A stretch of 64,000 bases of DNA from an uncultured Gemmatimonadales bacterium (GTDB lineage Bacteria > Gemmatimonadota > Gemmatimonadetes > Longimicrobiales > Longimicrobiaceae): positions 8,320,001-8,384,000 of the forward strand of contig OY970303.1 of the NCBI GenBank assembly GCA_963716255.1. The letters are read 5' to 3'. The notes beneath the pieces were generated by a model. It was not told the DNA's origin and did no database searches. It saw nothing but the letters and a program-made list of their open reading frames with translations. This document shows, piece after piece, positions 42,621-52,861 of this stretch; the first letter of the stretch is position 1; every line of letters starts with the position of its first letter. The position numbers and the translations under genes were made by a program.

Positions 42621-42926
42621 TCAACCCGCGCCGGACGCGCCCGGGCCGGGAACGTTCTGCCGCACCTCCTCGGGCGGGGCCAGCGTCACCATGAACTGCG
42701 ACACCTCGTGGTGGAGCCGCGAGCTGGAGCCGCGCACCACGGTCCTGCCGTCGCGCGTCCCCACCCCGATGGTCACGTCCCCCGCCTCCGTGGCCAGGCG
42801 GATGTGCGACTCGCTCGAGTCCTCCTCGAACCCCGCGTAGGGCGAGAACTGCATGGAAAAGAACGAGCGGGCCTGCTCGATCACCTCCGCGGGGGACAGG
42901 TGGGTCTCCACTTCCTGGATCAGCAT
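42621..42926 (-). CDS. hypothetical protein
   Basis: GGAGG RBS before ATG; protein-like composition (MLIQEVETHL...). Confidence 0.7.
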   Translation of the reverse strand: MLIQEVETHLSPAEVIEQARSFFSMQFSPYAGFEEDSSESHIRLATEAGDVTIGVGTRDGRTVVRGSSSRLHHEVSQFMVTLAPPEEVRQNVPGPGASGAG

Positions 42927-43014
42927 ACGGCCTCCGGTTCGGGTTCGGTCCGGCCGCGAAAGGGCAGGAGGCGTGCCAGTCCGCAACGGCTTTAACGGCT
43001 TGGACTGCCGGTTT

Positions 43015-43147
43015 GGGCGTGCCCCCGGCTGGCGCCGGGGTCGGGCTTCGGCTCCGTAAAGCAGCAAACAACGCTGCTCAACGGAGTCGAGCCCCGGCGG
43101 AAACAGCCTCGCCGGGTCTCGCCCCTTCGGGCCGAAATCCCTCACGC
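43015..43147 (+). repeat. ~130-bp structured repeat, copy J
   Basis: Central stem AGCAGC/GCTGCT. Confidence 0.95.
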
Positions 43148-43195
43148 GGGCGCCGCGCTGCTCCCGCGATGCCGGTACGGCCTCGCTCCGCTGCC

Positions 43196-43384
43196 TCAGC
43201 GTTCGCGGCGGCGGCCCATCCAGACCGCCTCCGGGTCGGCGCGGCGCACCGCGTGCAGCTCCGGGAGCACGACGTCGTCGTAGCCGCGGCGGACGTCGTA
43301 CGCGGTCTCGTAGGGGCCGAGGGCGCGGGAAGCGGAATCGGCGCCGGCCCCACCGCGCAGGGCCTCCGGGAATGAGCTGGGCAT
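43196..43384 (-). CDS. short hypothetical protein or gene remnant
   Basis: GC3-biased stretch PYETAYDVRRGYDDVVLPELH; no family recognised. Confidence 0.3.
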   Translation of the reverse strand: MPSSFPEALRGGAGADSASRALGPYETAYDVRRGYDDVVLPELHAVRRADPEAVWMGRRRER

Positions 43385-43527
43385 CGGTGTCGTCGTGCGG
43401 GAGGGAGCGCTCGGGAACGCATGCCGTGGACGCAAGAAAGGCGCCCTGGCCCCCTCTCGGGGGCCGGGCGCCTTCTCGCGGGCAGGGCCCGCGCCGGCTC
43501 GGGCCGCGGGGCGTCGCCGCCCCGGGA

Positions 43528-43824
43528 TCACACCTCGAGCGGCTTCTCCTCCACCATGGCGCGGAGCTCCTTGGACGGCTTGAACACCGGCACCGCCCGC
43601 GGGGGAACCTCCACCGGGTCGCCCGTGCGCGGGTTGCGCGCCAGCCGGCTCTTGCGCTCGCGGACCTTGAAGGTGCCGAAGCCGCGGATCTCGATGTTCT
43701 GATGGTCCGCCATCGCGTCCTTGACGGCGTTCAGGAACGAGTCAACGACCACTGCGCAGTCCCGCTTGGTGATCCCGGGACCGATCGCATCGGCAACCCG
43801 CTGGACCAGATCCGCTTTCGTCAT
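43528..43824 (-). CDS. HU/IHF family DNA-binding protein
   Basis: MTKADLV, IEIRGFGTF, ARNPRTG, FKPSKEL. Confidence 0.95.
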   Translation of the reverse strand: MTKADLVQRVADAIGPGITKRDCAVVVDSFLNAVKDAMADHQNIEIRGFGTFKVRERKSRLARNPRTGDPVEVPPRAVPVFKPSKELRAMVEEKPLEV

Positions 43825-44149
43825 CGAGGTTCTCCTTGGGGGGTTGGAAGCTGGGGCGGGAGCCCCGTTCAGTGCGCGCGAGCGCAAACGTACGTCCGGG
43901 TGGAAGGCCGCCCGGGGTTGCCGTCCCGGTGCAGGTCCCGCCCGGGCCCTGCCGTGGTCCCGGCAGCGCCCGCTGGTCCCTCTTGCGGTCTCGGTTCGCT
44001 GGGAAGATCGTGTCGATCGGAGGGCCGGGACGACGGATCGCGCCGCTGGCGACCGAGGAGACGTTTCCGCGGGACGGACAGGGAGGGAGCTAAGAGGTTG
44101 ACCTACGGCAGTTTATCGAGCCGAAGGATAATGCGACGCGTAGAAACCG

Positions 44150-45274
44150 TCAAGCGTCGTGGCTGCCGGCGCCCGTCCGGCGCTCCATCTCGGCGACGAA
44201 CCGGTCGAAGAGGTAGCGCGAGTCGTGCGGCCCCGGGGCCGACTCCGGGTGGTACTGCACGGAAAACACCGGGCGCCCGGTGTGCTCCAGCCCCTCCACC
44301 GTGCCGTCGTTGAGGTTGAGGTGCGTCACCCGCAGCTCGGGCGCGCCGGGGATCCCCGACTCGTCGCCACGCACGGCGAAGCCGTGGTTCTGCGCGGTGA
44401 TCTCCACCGCCCCGTCCAGGATGCGGCGCACCGGGTGGTTCCCGCCGCGGTGCCCGTAGTGGAGCTTGTAGGTCTCCGCCCCGAAGGCGCGGGCGATGAG
44501 CTGGTGCCCCAGGCAGATGCCGAACACCGGCGTGTCGCGCCCCGCCAGCTCGCGGATGGAGTCCAGCGCGTGCCCCACCGCCTCCGGGTCGCCCGGCCCG
44601 TTGGAGATGAACATCCCGTCCGCCCCCGCGCCCACGATCTCCTCCACCGGCGTGCCGGAGGGGAGCACCGTCACCTCGCAGCCGCGCTCCGCCAGCAGCT
44701 TGAGCGAGTGCGACTTGACCCCGAAGTCGTAGGCGAGCACCCGGAAGCGAGTCTCCCCCGCCGCGGGCACCACGTAGCGGTCCGCGGTGGAGACGCCGCA
44801 CGCCAGGTCCAGCCCGGCCATGGAAGGCTGCTCCAGGATCCGCGCGCGGAGCGCCTCCGGGTCCTGCTCGCCGTGGGCGATGGCGCCGCGCATGGCCCCC
44901 AGCGAGCGGATGTGCCGGGTGAGCGCCCGCGTGTCCACGCCCGCGATCCCCACCACGCCGTGCCGCCGGAGATAGTCCTCGAGCGACTCGCTCGCCCGCC
45001 AGTTGCTGAACGCCGGCGGCGCCTCGTGGATGACGAACCCGGCCACCTGCGGCCCCGCGGACTCCTCGTCCTCGGGGTTCGCGCCGTAGTTGCCGATGAG
45101 CGGGTACGTCATGGCCACCAGCTGCCCGGTGTACGAGGGGTCCGTGAGGACCTCCTGGTAGCCGGTCATCGAGGTGTTGAAGACGACCTCCCCGAACACG
45201 GTCCCGGCGGCGCCGAACGCCTCCCCGTGGAACACGCGCCCGTCCTCCAGCATCAGCACGGCGGTCTGGCCCAA
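44150..45274 (-). CDS. carA: carbamoyl-phosphate synthase small subunit
   Basis: GEVVFNTSMTGYQE, SNGPGDP, GICLGHQ, QYHPE; TTG start inferred from RBS. Confidence 0.96.
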   Translation of the reverse strand: MGQTAVLMLEDGRVFHGEAFGAAGTVFGEVVFNTSMTGYQEVLTDPSYTGQLVAMTYPLIGNYGANPEDEESAGPQVAGFVIHEAPPAFSNWRASESLEDYLRRHGVVGIAGVDTRALTRHIRSLGAMRGAIAHGEQDPEALRARILEQPSMAGLDLACGVSTADRYVVPAAGETRFRVLAYDFGVKSHSLKLLAERGCEVTVLPSGTPVEEIVGAGADGMFISNGPGDPEAVGHALDSIRELAGRDTPVFGICLGHQLIARAFGAETYKLHYGHRGGNHPVRRILDGAVEITAQNHGFAVRGDESGIPGAPELRVTHLNLNDGTVEGLEHTGRPVFSVQYHPESAPGPHDSRYLFDRFVAEMERRTGAGSHDA

Positions 45275-45456
45275 GTCGCCTCTCCCCCGATCTCCGTCGG
45301 CTCGTTCGTTCAAGTGCATGCCGCATCGGCGGATGCGATCGCGGCAATCTACCGCGCCCGCGAGATCTGTCAAGCGCCGCCCTCCCCGCCCTGGGATTCG
45401 GCGCCGGCCCAGGGTAGATTCACCCGCTTTCCGCACCCACCCCGCACCCGAGAACG

Positions 45457-46059
45457 ATGAGCGAGCCGCTGGTCTTCATCTACGCCGACGAGTCCTGCCT
45501 GGGAAACCAGTTCAAGGGCAGGGCCCGCCCCGGGGGCGCCGCGGGGCTGGTGGAGTACTTCCACCCCGAGCGCGGCTGGGTCCGCCGCGACTTCTGGGTC
45601 TCGGAGCCGGACACCACCAACAACCGCATGGCCATCCGCAGCGCGGCGCTCCCGCTGGCGGCGCTCCGGAGCGCGTCGCGCGTGGTGTTCACCAGCGACA
45701 GCCGCTACCTGGTGGACGGGATGACGCAGTGGGTGCACGGCTGGGCCGCCCGCGGCTGGAAGCGCAAGGACGGGGAGATCGAGAACCTGGCGCTGTGGAA
45801 AGAGCTGCTGGGGATCGCCCGCCGCCACCAGGTGCAGTGGCGCTGGGTCAAGGGGCACAACGGCCACGCGCACAACGAGTACGCCAACTACCTGGCCACG
45901 CGCGCCGCGGCGAAGCAGGATTCCAGCGGGGGGCTGGTGGAGTCGCGCTTCGACGAGTGGGTGGCGGAGGAGCAGGCCAAGGAGCGCTGCCTGGACTTCT
46001 TCCCCATGCCGCCCACCCGGTTCGAGTTCAAGGCGGCGCGGGCGCTCCCTCGCGGCTGA
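45457..46059 (+). CDS. rnhA: ribonuclease HI
   Basis: YADESCLGN, TTNNRM, SDSRYL, WKRK, WVKGHNGH..NE. Confidence 0.9.
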   Translation: MSEPLVFIYADESCLGNQFKGRARPGGAAGLVEYFHPERGWVRRDFWVSEPDTTNNRMAIRSAALPLAALRSASRVVFTSDSRYLVDGMTQWVHGWAARGWKRKDGEIENLALWKELLGIARRHQVQWRWVKGHNGHAHNEYANYLATRAAAKQDSSGGLVESRFDEWVAEEQAKERCLDFFPMPPTRFEFKAARALPRG

Positions 46060-46065
46060 GGTCGT

Positions 46066-46467
46066 TCAGGCGAGGAAGGCGGCGGGCGAAACCGCGACGG
46101 TGGGAAAGGCCGCCAGCACCTTGCGGTCCGAAGTGACCAGCGCAACACCCTCCGCCTGCGCCACGGCGACGAACTCGCAGTCATACCCCGTGCACCCCGA
46201 CACGGCTGCCAGGCGGAGCACGTGCTCGGACCGTGCACTCCTCTCCCTCGCCGCGAGGAGCACTTCGCTACGGGCCATCAGGACGAGCGCGTCGTCGAGC
46301 GGAAGTGCTCCCCGGCGGACGTAGAGCACCAGAAGGTTGCGGAACTCGCTTCGCCAGAGCGGGGGAACGATCCAGTCCGGATCCCTGGCGAACACACCCG
46401 ACGCGGTCTCGGTATGCTCGCCCGGGATGATTAGGTACGCGACGACGTTCGTGTCGACGACGATCAA
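46066..46467 (-). CDS. vapC: PIN-domain toxin (VapC)
   Basis: MIVVDTNV, E, YD, LVTSD PIN acidic residues. Confidence 0.88.
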   Translation of the reverse strand: MIVVDTNVVAYLIIPGEHTETASGVFARDPDWIVPPLWRSEFRNLLVLYVRRGALPLDDALVLMARSEVLLAARERSARSEHVLRLAAVSGCTGYDCEFVAVAQAEGVALVTSDRKVLAAFPTVAVSPAAFLA

Positions 46468-46706
46468 GGACGCCCCTCGTTCTTGGCCTCGTCCAGGAAC
46501 TCGTCGGTGAGCCAGGGCAGGTTCATGCGGGATCGCATCTCCGCCAGATCCCGGAGCACCTTTGCCGAGTCGACGGGCCGCTCCCTGACGGCGCGCTGAA
46601 GGCAGACGATCGCCTCACTGTTCAGGCTGCGCCGGTTCTCCTCTGCCTGCCGCTTCAACTCGGCATATAGATCGTCGGGGATGTTCTTGAGCGTGAAGTT
46701 CGCCAT
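46464..46706 (-). CDS. Arc/FitA-like ribbon-helix-helix antitoxin
   Basis: MANFTLKNIPDDLY..LK..AEENRRSLNSE; 4-bp overlap with the toxin. Confidence 0.88.
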   Translation of the reverse strand: MANFTLKNIPDDLYAELKRQAEENRRSLNSEAIVCLQRAVRERPVDSAKVLRDLAEMRSRMNLPWLTDEFLDEAKNEGRP

Positions 46707-46716
46707 GGAGTGCCTC

Positions 46717-46745
46717 CGGAACGGTTTCGAAATGGAACCATTCCG
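46717..46745. promoter_or_regulatory. inverted repeat, likely TA autoregulatory operator
   Basis: CGGAACGGTT...AACCATTCCG just upstream of the antitoxin start. Confidence 0.55.
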
Positions 46746-46837
46746 AATCTAACGAATCCACTCGCGCTCGCAAGAACCGCGAGGGGGAGCACCGCCCGGC
46801 GCGGTGCTCCCCCCTTGTCTGTGCCTGACGCTAGCGC

Positions 46838-47329
46838 TTACGGCAGGTTGCCGCGGATGGCGCCGGCCGGCAGGGCGGTGGTGTGCAGGTTGACGTAGTA
46901 GTTTTTCGGGTCGGCGAGGAGCGCGTTGGCGAGCGTGGCGTTGGTGGCGGTACCGCTCAGCTCGAACTGCCGCGCGGTGTAGCTTCCGCCGAGCAGCGCC
47001 AGGGCGACCGGCCCGGTCCCGTTGGCCTGGCTGACCACGTGGATGTGCCCGGCCCGGAACGCTTCCCCCGCCGGGTTGTGCACGCGCAGCGTCCACTCGA
47101 TCACGCCGCCGGGCTTCACCTTGACCTGCGCGAACCCCCACGCCTTGGAGTTGGTGGGGGCGGGGAGCTCGTCCTGTGGCCGGAGCTGCGCCGTGTAGAC
47201 GGCGAGAGGCGCACGCTGGACGCCCACGCGAGCGAAGGAAGCGGCACTCGCGGAGAACGCACGCGTTGTGGTGGGCTCGCCACAGGAGGCGAGCGCGAGC
47301 ACGAGCGCAAAGGGAGCCAGAGTGCGCAT
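46838..47329 (-). CDS. CHRD domain lipoprotein
   Basis: Lipobox LASC; GHIH, YYVNLHT..PAGAIRGNL. Confidence 0.88.
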   Translation of the reverse strand: MRTLAPFALVLALASCGEPTTTRAFSASAASFARVGVQRAPLAVYTAQLRPQDELPAPTNSKAWGFAQVKVKPGGVIEWTLRVHNPAGEAFRAGHIHVVSQANGTGPVALALLGGSYTARQFELSGTATNATLANALLADPKNYYVNLHTTALPAGAIRGNLP

Positions 47330-47495
47330 GGTGCCTCCGGGGCCGCGGGTTCGGGGAGTGGATCGGTGTGGGAGGGGCGGGACAGCCTGACGCCATGCTG
47401 CAAGCCGCGTGCGCGCGGATTCCACGGCTCCACGGACGACGGGGGCGGCGGACACGCGTCCGCCGCCCCCGTTTTTCCTGTCTCCCCCGCCGGCG

Positions 47496-48158
47496 TCAGC
47501 GCTCGAGCACGGCCCGGCCGAACTCCCTCTCGAAGCAGCGGACCACCACGGCCTCCACTTCCTCCATCGCCACCGCGCGGCCCAGCTCGCCGGAGATGGA
47601 GCCGACGCCGTACTGCGTGATCCCGCAGGGGACGATGGCGCCGAAGAACGACAGGTCGGTGCTGACGTTGAGGGCGAAGCCGTGGCTGGTGATCCACCCC
47701 GAGGAGACGCGCACCCCGATCGCCGCGAGCTTGCGGTCGTCCACCCAGGCGCCCGTGAGCCCCTCCTTGCGCCCGCCCACCAGCCCGAACTCCGCCAGCA
47801 CGGCGATGAGCACCTCCTCCAGGTCGCGAAGGTAGCGGTGCAGGTCCTGGCGGTCCGGCTTGAGGTCCAGGATGGGGTAGCCGACGAGCTGCCCCGGCCC
47901 GTGGTAGGTGACGTCGCCGCCGCGGCCGGTGTCGAACAGCTCGATCCCGCGCGCGGCCCGCTCCTCGGCCGAGACGAGCACGTTGTCGTCGTGCGCCCCG
48001 CTGCCCAGGGTGATGACGTGCGGGTGCTGGAGCAGGAGGAGCGTGTCGGGGATCTCCCCGGCGCGCCGCCGCCGGACGAGCTCCGCCTGCAGCTCCAGCG
48101 CGTCCGCGTAGCGCACGAGCCCGAGCCGCCGCACCTCGAGGGGCCGGGACGCCGTCAC
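47496..48158 (-). CDS. lipB: lipoyl(octanoyl) transferase
   Basis: LLQHPHVITLG, RGGDVTYHGPGQLVGYP, KLAAIG, HGFALN, IVPCG. Confidence 0.95.
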   Translation of the reverse strand: MTASRPLEVRRLGLVRYADALELQAELVRRRRAGEIPDTLLLLQHPHVITLGSGAHDDNVLVSAEERAARGIELFDTGRGGDVTYHGPGQLVGYPILDLKPDRQDLHRYLRDLEEVLIAVLAEFGLVGGRKEGLTGAWVDDRKLAAIGVRVSSGWITSHGFALNVSTDLSFFGAIVPCGITQYGVGSISGELGRAVAMEEVEAVVVRCFEREFGRAVLER

Positions 48159-49057
48159 AGCTCGATCTCGGCGTGGAAGACCACAATCGCCTCGCCCGCG
48201 ACCCGCACCCTGGTCGGCCTGCCCCCGTCGATGTCCACCATCACCTCCACCGTGCCCGGGCGTCCCGCCGCGACGCCCTGCCGTGCCCGGAAGCGCAGCC
48301 GCCGCCCGTCGTGGGGCACCCGGGCGTGACGGACCAGGAGCGCTCCCAGCGGCCCGTTGGCGTTCCCCGTCACCGGGTCCTCCGGGATCCCGATGGCCGG
48401 GGCGAACATCCGCCCGTGCGCCAGCACTCCCGGGTCGGGGGAGTCCAGCGTGAACACGTGGTAGCCGTTGAAGCCGATGCGGCCGCTCAGCTCGGCCAGC
48501 GCCGCCAGGTCCGGCCGCAGCGCGTCCAGCCTCCCCAGCGCCCGGATCCCCACCATCACCTTGGCGTGCCCGGTCGAGACCACCTGCACCGGGAGCGCGG
48601 GGTCCAGGTCGTCCTCCCGGAGCCCCAGCGCCGCCAGGAGGGTGTCCCGCTCTTCCCCGGCCAGCACCGGACCGAGCTCGACCTCCCCCTGCGTCATCAC
48701 GATCCGGTAGTCGTCCTGCTCGCGGACCACCTCCACCGGGAGGATCCCCGCGCCCGTCCGCTGCCGGACGACGGTGCCGCCGAGCCCCATCTCGCGCGCC
48801 CGGACGTAGTGCGCGGAGATCGTGGCGTGGCCGCAGATGGGCACTTCCGTGGTCGGCGTGAAGAAGCGGATCCACACGTCGTGGTCGCTCCCGGTGGGGG
48901 ACAGGACGAACGCCGTCTCCGAGTTGTTGAGCTCGCGGGCGATCTCCTGCATCTGTCCCTCCGAGAGACCGTCCGCGTTCGCGACCACGCCCGCGGGGTT
49001 CCCCCGGAACCGTTCGCGGGTGAAGGCGTCGACCTGGAAGATCCGGTACCGCTTCAT
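48155..49057 (-). CDS. PhzF family isomerase
   Basis: QVDAFT..FRGNPAGV, NSETAF, EVPICGHAT, EDPVTG. Confidence 0.92.
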   Translation of the reverse strand: MKRYRIFQVDAFTRERFRGNPAGVVANADGLSEGQMQEIARELNNSETAFVLSPTGSDHDVWIRFFTPTTEVPICGHATISAHYVRAREMGLGGTVVRQRTGAGILPVEVVREQDDYRIVMTQGEVELGPVLAGEERDTLLAALGLREDDLDPALPVQVVSTGHAKVMVGIRALGRLDALRPDLAALAELSGRIGFNGYHVFTLDSPDPGVLAHGRMFAPAIGIPEDPVTGNANGPLGALLVRHARVPHDGRRLRFRARQGVAAGRPGTVEVMVDIDGGRPTRVRVAGEAIVVFHAEIEL

Positions 49058-49098
49058 GCCTCTCCTCCCCCTGCCCCACGCCTGCCCACGGTCCGGCG

Positions 49099-50544
49099 CT
49101 ACGCCTGCTCCGGGAACGTTTCCAGCATCTGCTTGACGCGGGCCAGGAACTGGTCCCCGTCGGCCCCGTTGACCAGCCGGTGGTCGTAGCCCAGCGAGAT
49201 GTACCCCCGCTTGCGGGCCACGATGGCGTGGTTCCCGTACTCGTCCGAGATCACGGCCGGCCGCATCTCCACCCCGCCGACGCCCATGATCGCCACCTGC
49301 GGCTGGTTGATGATGGGGAAGCCGATGGTGGTGCCGAAGATGCCGGGGTTGGTGATGGTGAAGGTGCCCCCCTGGATCTCGTCCGGCGACAGCTTCTTGC
49401 TCCGGGCCCGCGTGGCGATGTCGTTCAGGCGCTTCGCCATCCCCACCAGCGACAGCTCGTCCGCGCCCCGGATCACCGGCACGATCAGCCCGTTGTCCAG
49501 CGCCACCGCGATCCCCAGGTTGACCTCGGCGCGGAGGATGACCTCGTGGTTGGAGTACGAGGCGTTGAGCTTGGGGTGCTCGCGCAGCGCCCGGGCGACC
49601 GCCCACGCGATGAAATGCGTGTAGGTGACCTTGACTCCCTGCTCCTCCCACAGCCGCTTGCTCTTTGCGCGGATGTGGTCCAGCCGGGTGTAGTCCACCT
49701 CGAAGTACGAGTGCACGTGCGGCGAGATGCGCCGCGACTGCACCATGTTGTTGGCGATGATCTGCGTCATCCGGCTGGCCGGCTCGACGCGGTCGCCCGG
49801 CCCCGCCTGCACCGTGGGGTGCTGCGGCGCGCCGAAGAACTCGTCCCAGGGGAAACCGCCCTCGTACGACGGTGCCGCCTGCGGCCGCGGAGCCGCGGGA
49901 CGCTGCGCGGGGGCTCCGGACGGGGCGCCCTGCGGCTGCGCGGCGGGCGCCTTCGGGCCCTCCTGCACGTGCCGCAGGATGTCCTCCTTGGTCACCCGGC
50001 CGCCGCGGCCGGTCCCCTGCACCGCCGCCACCTCCACCCCGTGCTCCGCCGCGATCTTGCGCACCAGCGGCGTGGAGCGGGTGCGGAGCCGCTCCTCCAG
50101 CGACTGCGGTCCGCCGTCCTCCGAAGCCGCCGGGGACGCCGCCGCGGCGGCGGGCTCCTCGCGCGGGGTGCCCTGCGCGGGAGGGCGCGCCTCGCCCTGC
50201 CCGGCGGCCGCCTCGGGAAGCGCGGTGGGCCGCTCGCCCGGCACGCCCGCCGCGGGCTCGGCCGGGGCCGGCGCGGGAGCGGCGGCCGCGGCGGCGGCGC
50301 CCGCCTCGGTCTCGATGTAGGCGACCACGGTCCCCACCTCCACCGTCTGCCCCTCGACCACCACCACCTCCACCAGGGTGCCGGCGGCGGGCGAGGGGAT
50401 CTCGGCGTCCACCTTGTCGGTGGAGATCTCCATGATCGGCTCGTCACGCTCGACGCGGTCGCCCACCTTCTTCAGCCAGACGGAGACGGTTCCCTCGGCG
50501 ATGGACTCCCCCATCTGGGGCATCGGCACTTCTATACGGGCCAT
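49099..50544 (-). CDS. dihydrolipoamide acyltransferase (E2)
   Basis: Lipoyl domain STDKVDAEIPSP, E3-binding GTGRGGRVTKED, DHRLVNG. Confidence 0.95.
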   Translation of the reverse strand: MARIEVPMPQMGESIAEGTVSVWLKKVGDRVERDEPIMEISTDKVDAEIPSPAAGTLVEVVVVEGQTVEVGTVVAYIETEAGAAAAAAAPAPAPAEPAAGVPGERPTALPEAAAGQGEARPPAQGTPREEPAAAAASPAASEDGGPQSLEERLRTRSTPLVRKIAAEHGVEVAAVQGTGRGGRVTKEDILRHVQEGPKAPAAQPQGAPSGAPAQRPAAPRPQAAPSYEGGFPWDEFFGAPQHPTVQAGPGDRVEPASRMTQIIANNMVQSRRISPHVHSYFEVDYTRLDHIRAKSKRLWEEQGVKVTYTHFIAWAVARALREHPKLNASYSNHEVILRAEVNLGIAVALDNGLIVPVIRGADELSLVGMAKRLNDIATRARSKKLSPDEIQGGTFTITNPGIFGTTIGFPIINQPQVAIMGVGGVEMRPAVISDEYGNHAIVARKRGYISLGYDHRLVNGADGDQFLARVKQMLETFPEQA

Positions 50545-50582
50545 GAGAGGATCAGCGGGTCAGGGTTTCCGGAAGTCGGATT

Positions 50583-51617
50583 TCAGTAGGCCGCCAGGTG
50601 CCGCGCGGCCTTGACGATGTCCTCGGTCTGCGGGAGGAAGTAGTCCTCCAGCGGCGGCGAGTAGGGAACCGGCGCGTCCAGCGCGGTCACGCGCAGGATG
50701 GGCGCGTCCAGCCACTCGAACGCCTTCTCGTTCACGCGCATGGCGATTTCGCCCGCGATGCCGCCGGTGCGGGTGTCCTCGTGCACGATCAGCAGCCGGC
50801 TGGTCTTCTTCACGCTCGCCAGGATGGCGTCCTCGTCCAGCGGGAGCAGGGTGCGCAGGTCGAGCACCTCCACCGACAGCCCGTCCTCCCTGGCCAGCTG
50901 CTCGGCGGTTTCCAGGCTCTTGTGCACCATGGCCGCGTAGGTGACGATGGTGAGGTCGGTCCCCTCGCGGTGGATGCGCGCCTTGCCCAGCGGGACCACG
51001 TAGTCCTCGGCCGGGAGCACCTCGCGCACCTGGGGGCGGCGGTACAGCCACTTGTGCTCGAAGAAGAGCACCGGGTCGTCGTCGCGCACGGCGGCCTTGA
51101 ACAGCCCCTTGGCGTCGTACGCGGTGGCCGGGTAGACGATCTTGAGCCCCGGGGTGTGGAAGAACGCCATCTCCGGGTTCTGCGAGTGGAACGGTCCGCC
51201 GCGCACGCCGCCCCCGGAGGGGCCGCGGATCACCATGGGCACGCCGCCCGACCCGCGGTAGCGCGAGGTGGCGATGTAGTTGGTGATCATGTCGTACGCG
51301 CAGGAGATGAAGTCGATGAACTGCATCTCCACGATGGGGCGCATCCCCATGTGCGCCGCTCCGGCGGCGGCCCCGGTGAAGCCGATCTCGGAGATGGGGG
51401 TGTCCAGCACGCGCAGCGCGCCGAACCGCTCCTGCATCCCCTCGGTCACCTTGAAGGCGCCGCCGTAGGCGCCGATGTCCTCCCCCATGAGGAAGACGCG
51501 CTCGTCGCGCTCCATCTCCTCCCAGATCGCCTCCCGGATGGCCTCCAGGAAGGTGACGGGCTTGCCTTCCGAGCTCTGCCGGACGTGCTCGGGCTTCGAC
51601 TTGGTCGCGGTCGCCAT
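50583..51617 (-). CDS. 2-oxoacid dehydrogenase E1 beta subunit
   Basis: GEDIG.YGGAF, DTPISE, EMQF.DF, GPFHSQ, DLRTLLPLD. Confidence 0.95.
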   Translation of the reverse strand: MATATKSKPEHVRQSSEGKPVTFLEAIREAIWEEMERDERVFLMGEDIGAYGGAFKVTEGMQERFGALRVLDTPISEIGFTGAAAGAAHMGMRPIVEMQFIDFISCAYDMITNYIATSRYRGSGGVPMVIRGPSGGGVRGGPFHSQNPEMAFFHTPGLKIVYPATAYDAKGLFKAAVRDDDPVLFFEHKWLYRRPQVREVLPAEDYVVPLGKARIHREGTDLTIVTYAAMVHKSLETAEQLAREDGLSVEVLDLRTLLPLDEDAILASVKKTSRLLIVHEDTRTGGIAGEIAMRVNEKAFEWLDAPILRVTALDAPVPYSPPLEDYFLPQTEDIVKAARHLAAY

Positions 51618-51625
51618 GCTCCTGC

Positions 51626-52699
51626 TCAGGCCTGGGTGGGGTCGGGGGGCGTGTGGCGCGTCCACGGGGCGTTCACCCGCACCCCGGCGTACACGTCGTC
51701 CAGGGTCTCCTCCGGCTCCGGGAGGGGCGCGGCGTCGGCCTCGGGGATCATGCTCTCCAGCTCCGCGTCGATCTCCGCGTCGATCCCGGCGAGCTCCCGG
51801 GTGGAGGCCCATCCGCTTCCCGTTATCGCGGCGGCGAACCGGTCGATGGGGTCGTTGGTGGCGGCCCAGCGCTCGATCTCCGCCGGGTCCACGTACGACT
51901 GGTTGTCGTGCTGGGCGTGGCCGCGGCGGCGGTAGGTGACCACCTCCAGCAGCGTCACGCCCTCGCCGGCGCGGGCCCGGTCCACGGCGCGACGGGCGGC
52001 GCCGTACACCGCCAGCATGTCGTTGCCGTCCACCTGCTCGGCGGCGATCCCGTAGCCGGGCGCCTTGTCCACGAAGCTCGTGGCGGCGGTCTGCAGGCGG
52101 GTGGGCGTGGTGTACGCCCAGCCGTTGCTCTCCACCACCACCACCAGCGGACAGCGCTGCACGGCGGCGAAGTTGATCCCCTCGTGGAAGGCGCCGGTGG
52201 AGGTGGCGCCGTCGCCGATGTACACCATCCCCACCCGATCTTCCCGGCGCTGCCGGAAGGTCAGAGTCACCCCCGCCATCACCGGGATCAGGTCGCCCAG
52301 CGGGGAGATCTGCCCGATGAAGCCGCGCCGGTAGTCGGTGAAGTGGATGTTGAGCTCCTTGCCGCGCGCGGGGGCGTCGCCCTTGGCCATGTACTGACGC
52401 AGCACCTCCTCCGGGCGGGCGCCCATCACCAGCATGGAGCCCAGGTTGCGGATCAGCGGCGAAAGCATGTCGCCGGTGCCGTCGTCGCGGCGGCGGAGCG
52501 CGTACGCGCTCGCCACCGACTCGCCCTCCTGCCCGAGCGAGCGGAAGAGTCCGCCGACCACCTTGCTCTGCCGGAAGAGCGTTTCGAGCTTCTCCTCCAG
52601 CGTCCGCGTCAGGCGGACGTAGCGGTACATCTCCAGGAGCTGTTCCCGCGTAAGCCCGTGGGGGATCGCCGCGGGAGGGGCCTGCTTCGGTCTCGCCAT
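51626..52699 (-). CDS. 2-oxoacid dehydrogenase E1 alpha subunit
   Basis: GQEG, GDGATS..FHE..NFA TPP motif, YRRRGHAQHD. Confidence 0.93.
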   Translation of the reverse strand: MARPKQAPPAAIPHGLTREQLLEMYRYVRLTRTLEEKLETLFRQSKVVGGLFRSLGQEGESVASAYALRRRDDGTGDMLSPLIRNLGSMLVMGARPEEVLRQYMAKGDAPARGKELNIHFTDYRRGFIGQISPLGDLIPVMAGVTLTFRQRREDRVGMVYIGDGATSTGAFHEGINFAAVQRCPLVVVVESNGWAYTTPTRLQTAATSFVDKAPGYGIAAEQVDGNDMLAVYGAARRAVDRARAGEGVTLLEVVTYRRRGHAQHDNQSYVDPAEIERWAATNDPIDRFAAAITGSGWASTRELAGIDAEIDAELESMIPEADAAPLPEPEETLDDVYAGVRVNAPWTRHTPPDPTQA

Positions 52700-52861
52700 G
52701 TACCCGGTTCCGGATGCCGTTGCGCCGCCCGGTCGTTCCCGGGGACGGATCGGCGGACAACTTGCCACCCCCGGCGCCCCCCGTCAAGCAAAACCGGGAG
52801 CGGCGCTCACCCCGCGCCGCTCCCGGCCCGCGTCCGCCGCCGCGAGGCGGACGCCCCCCCG

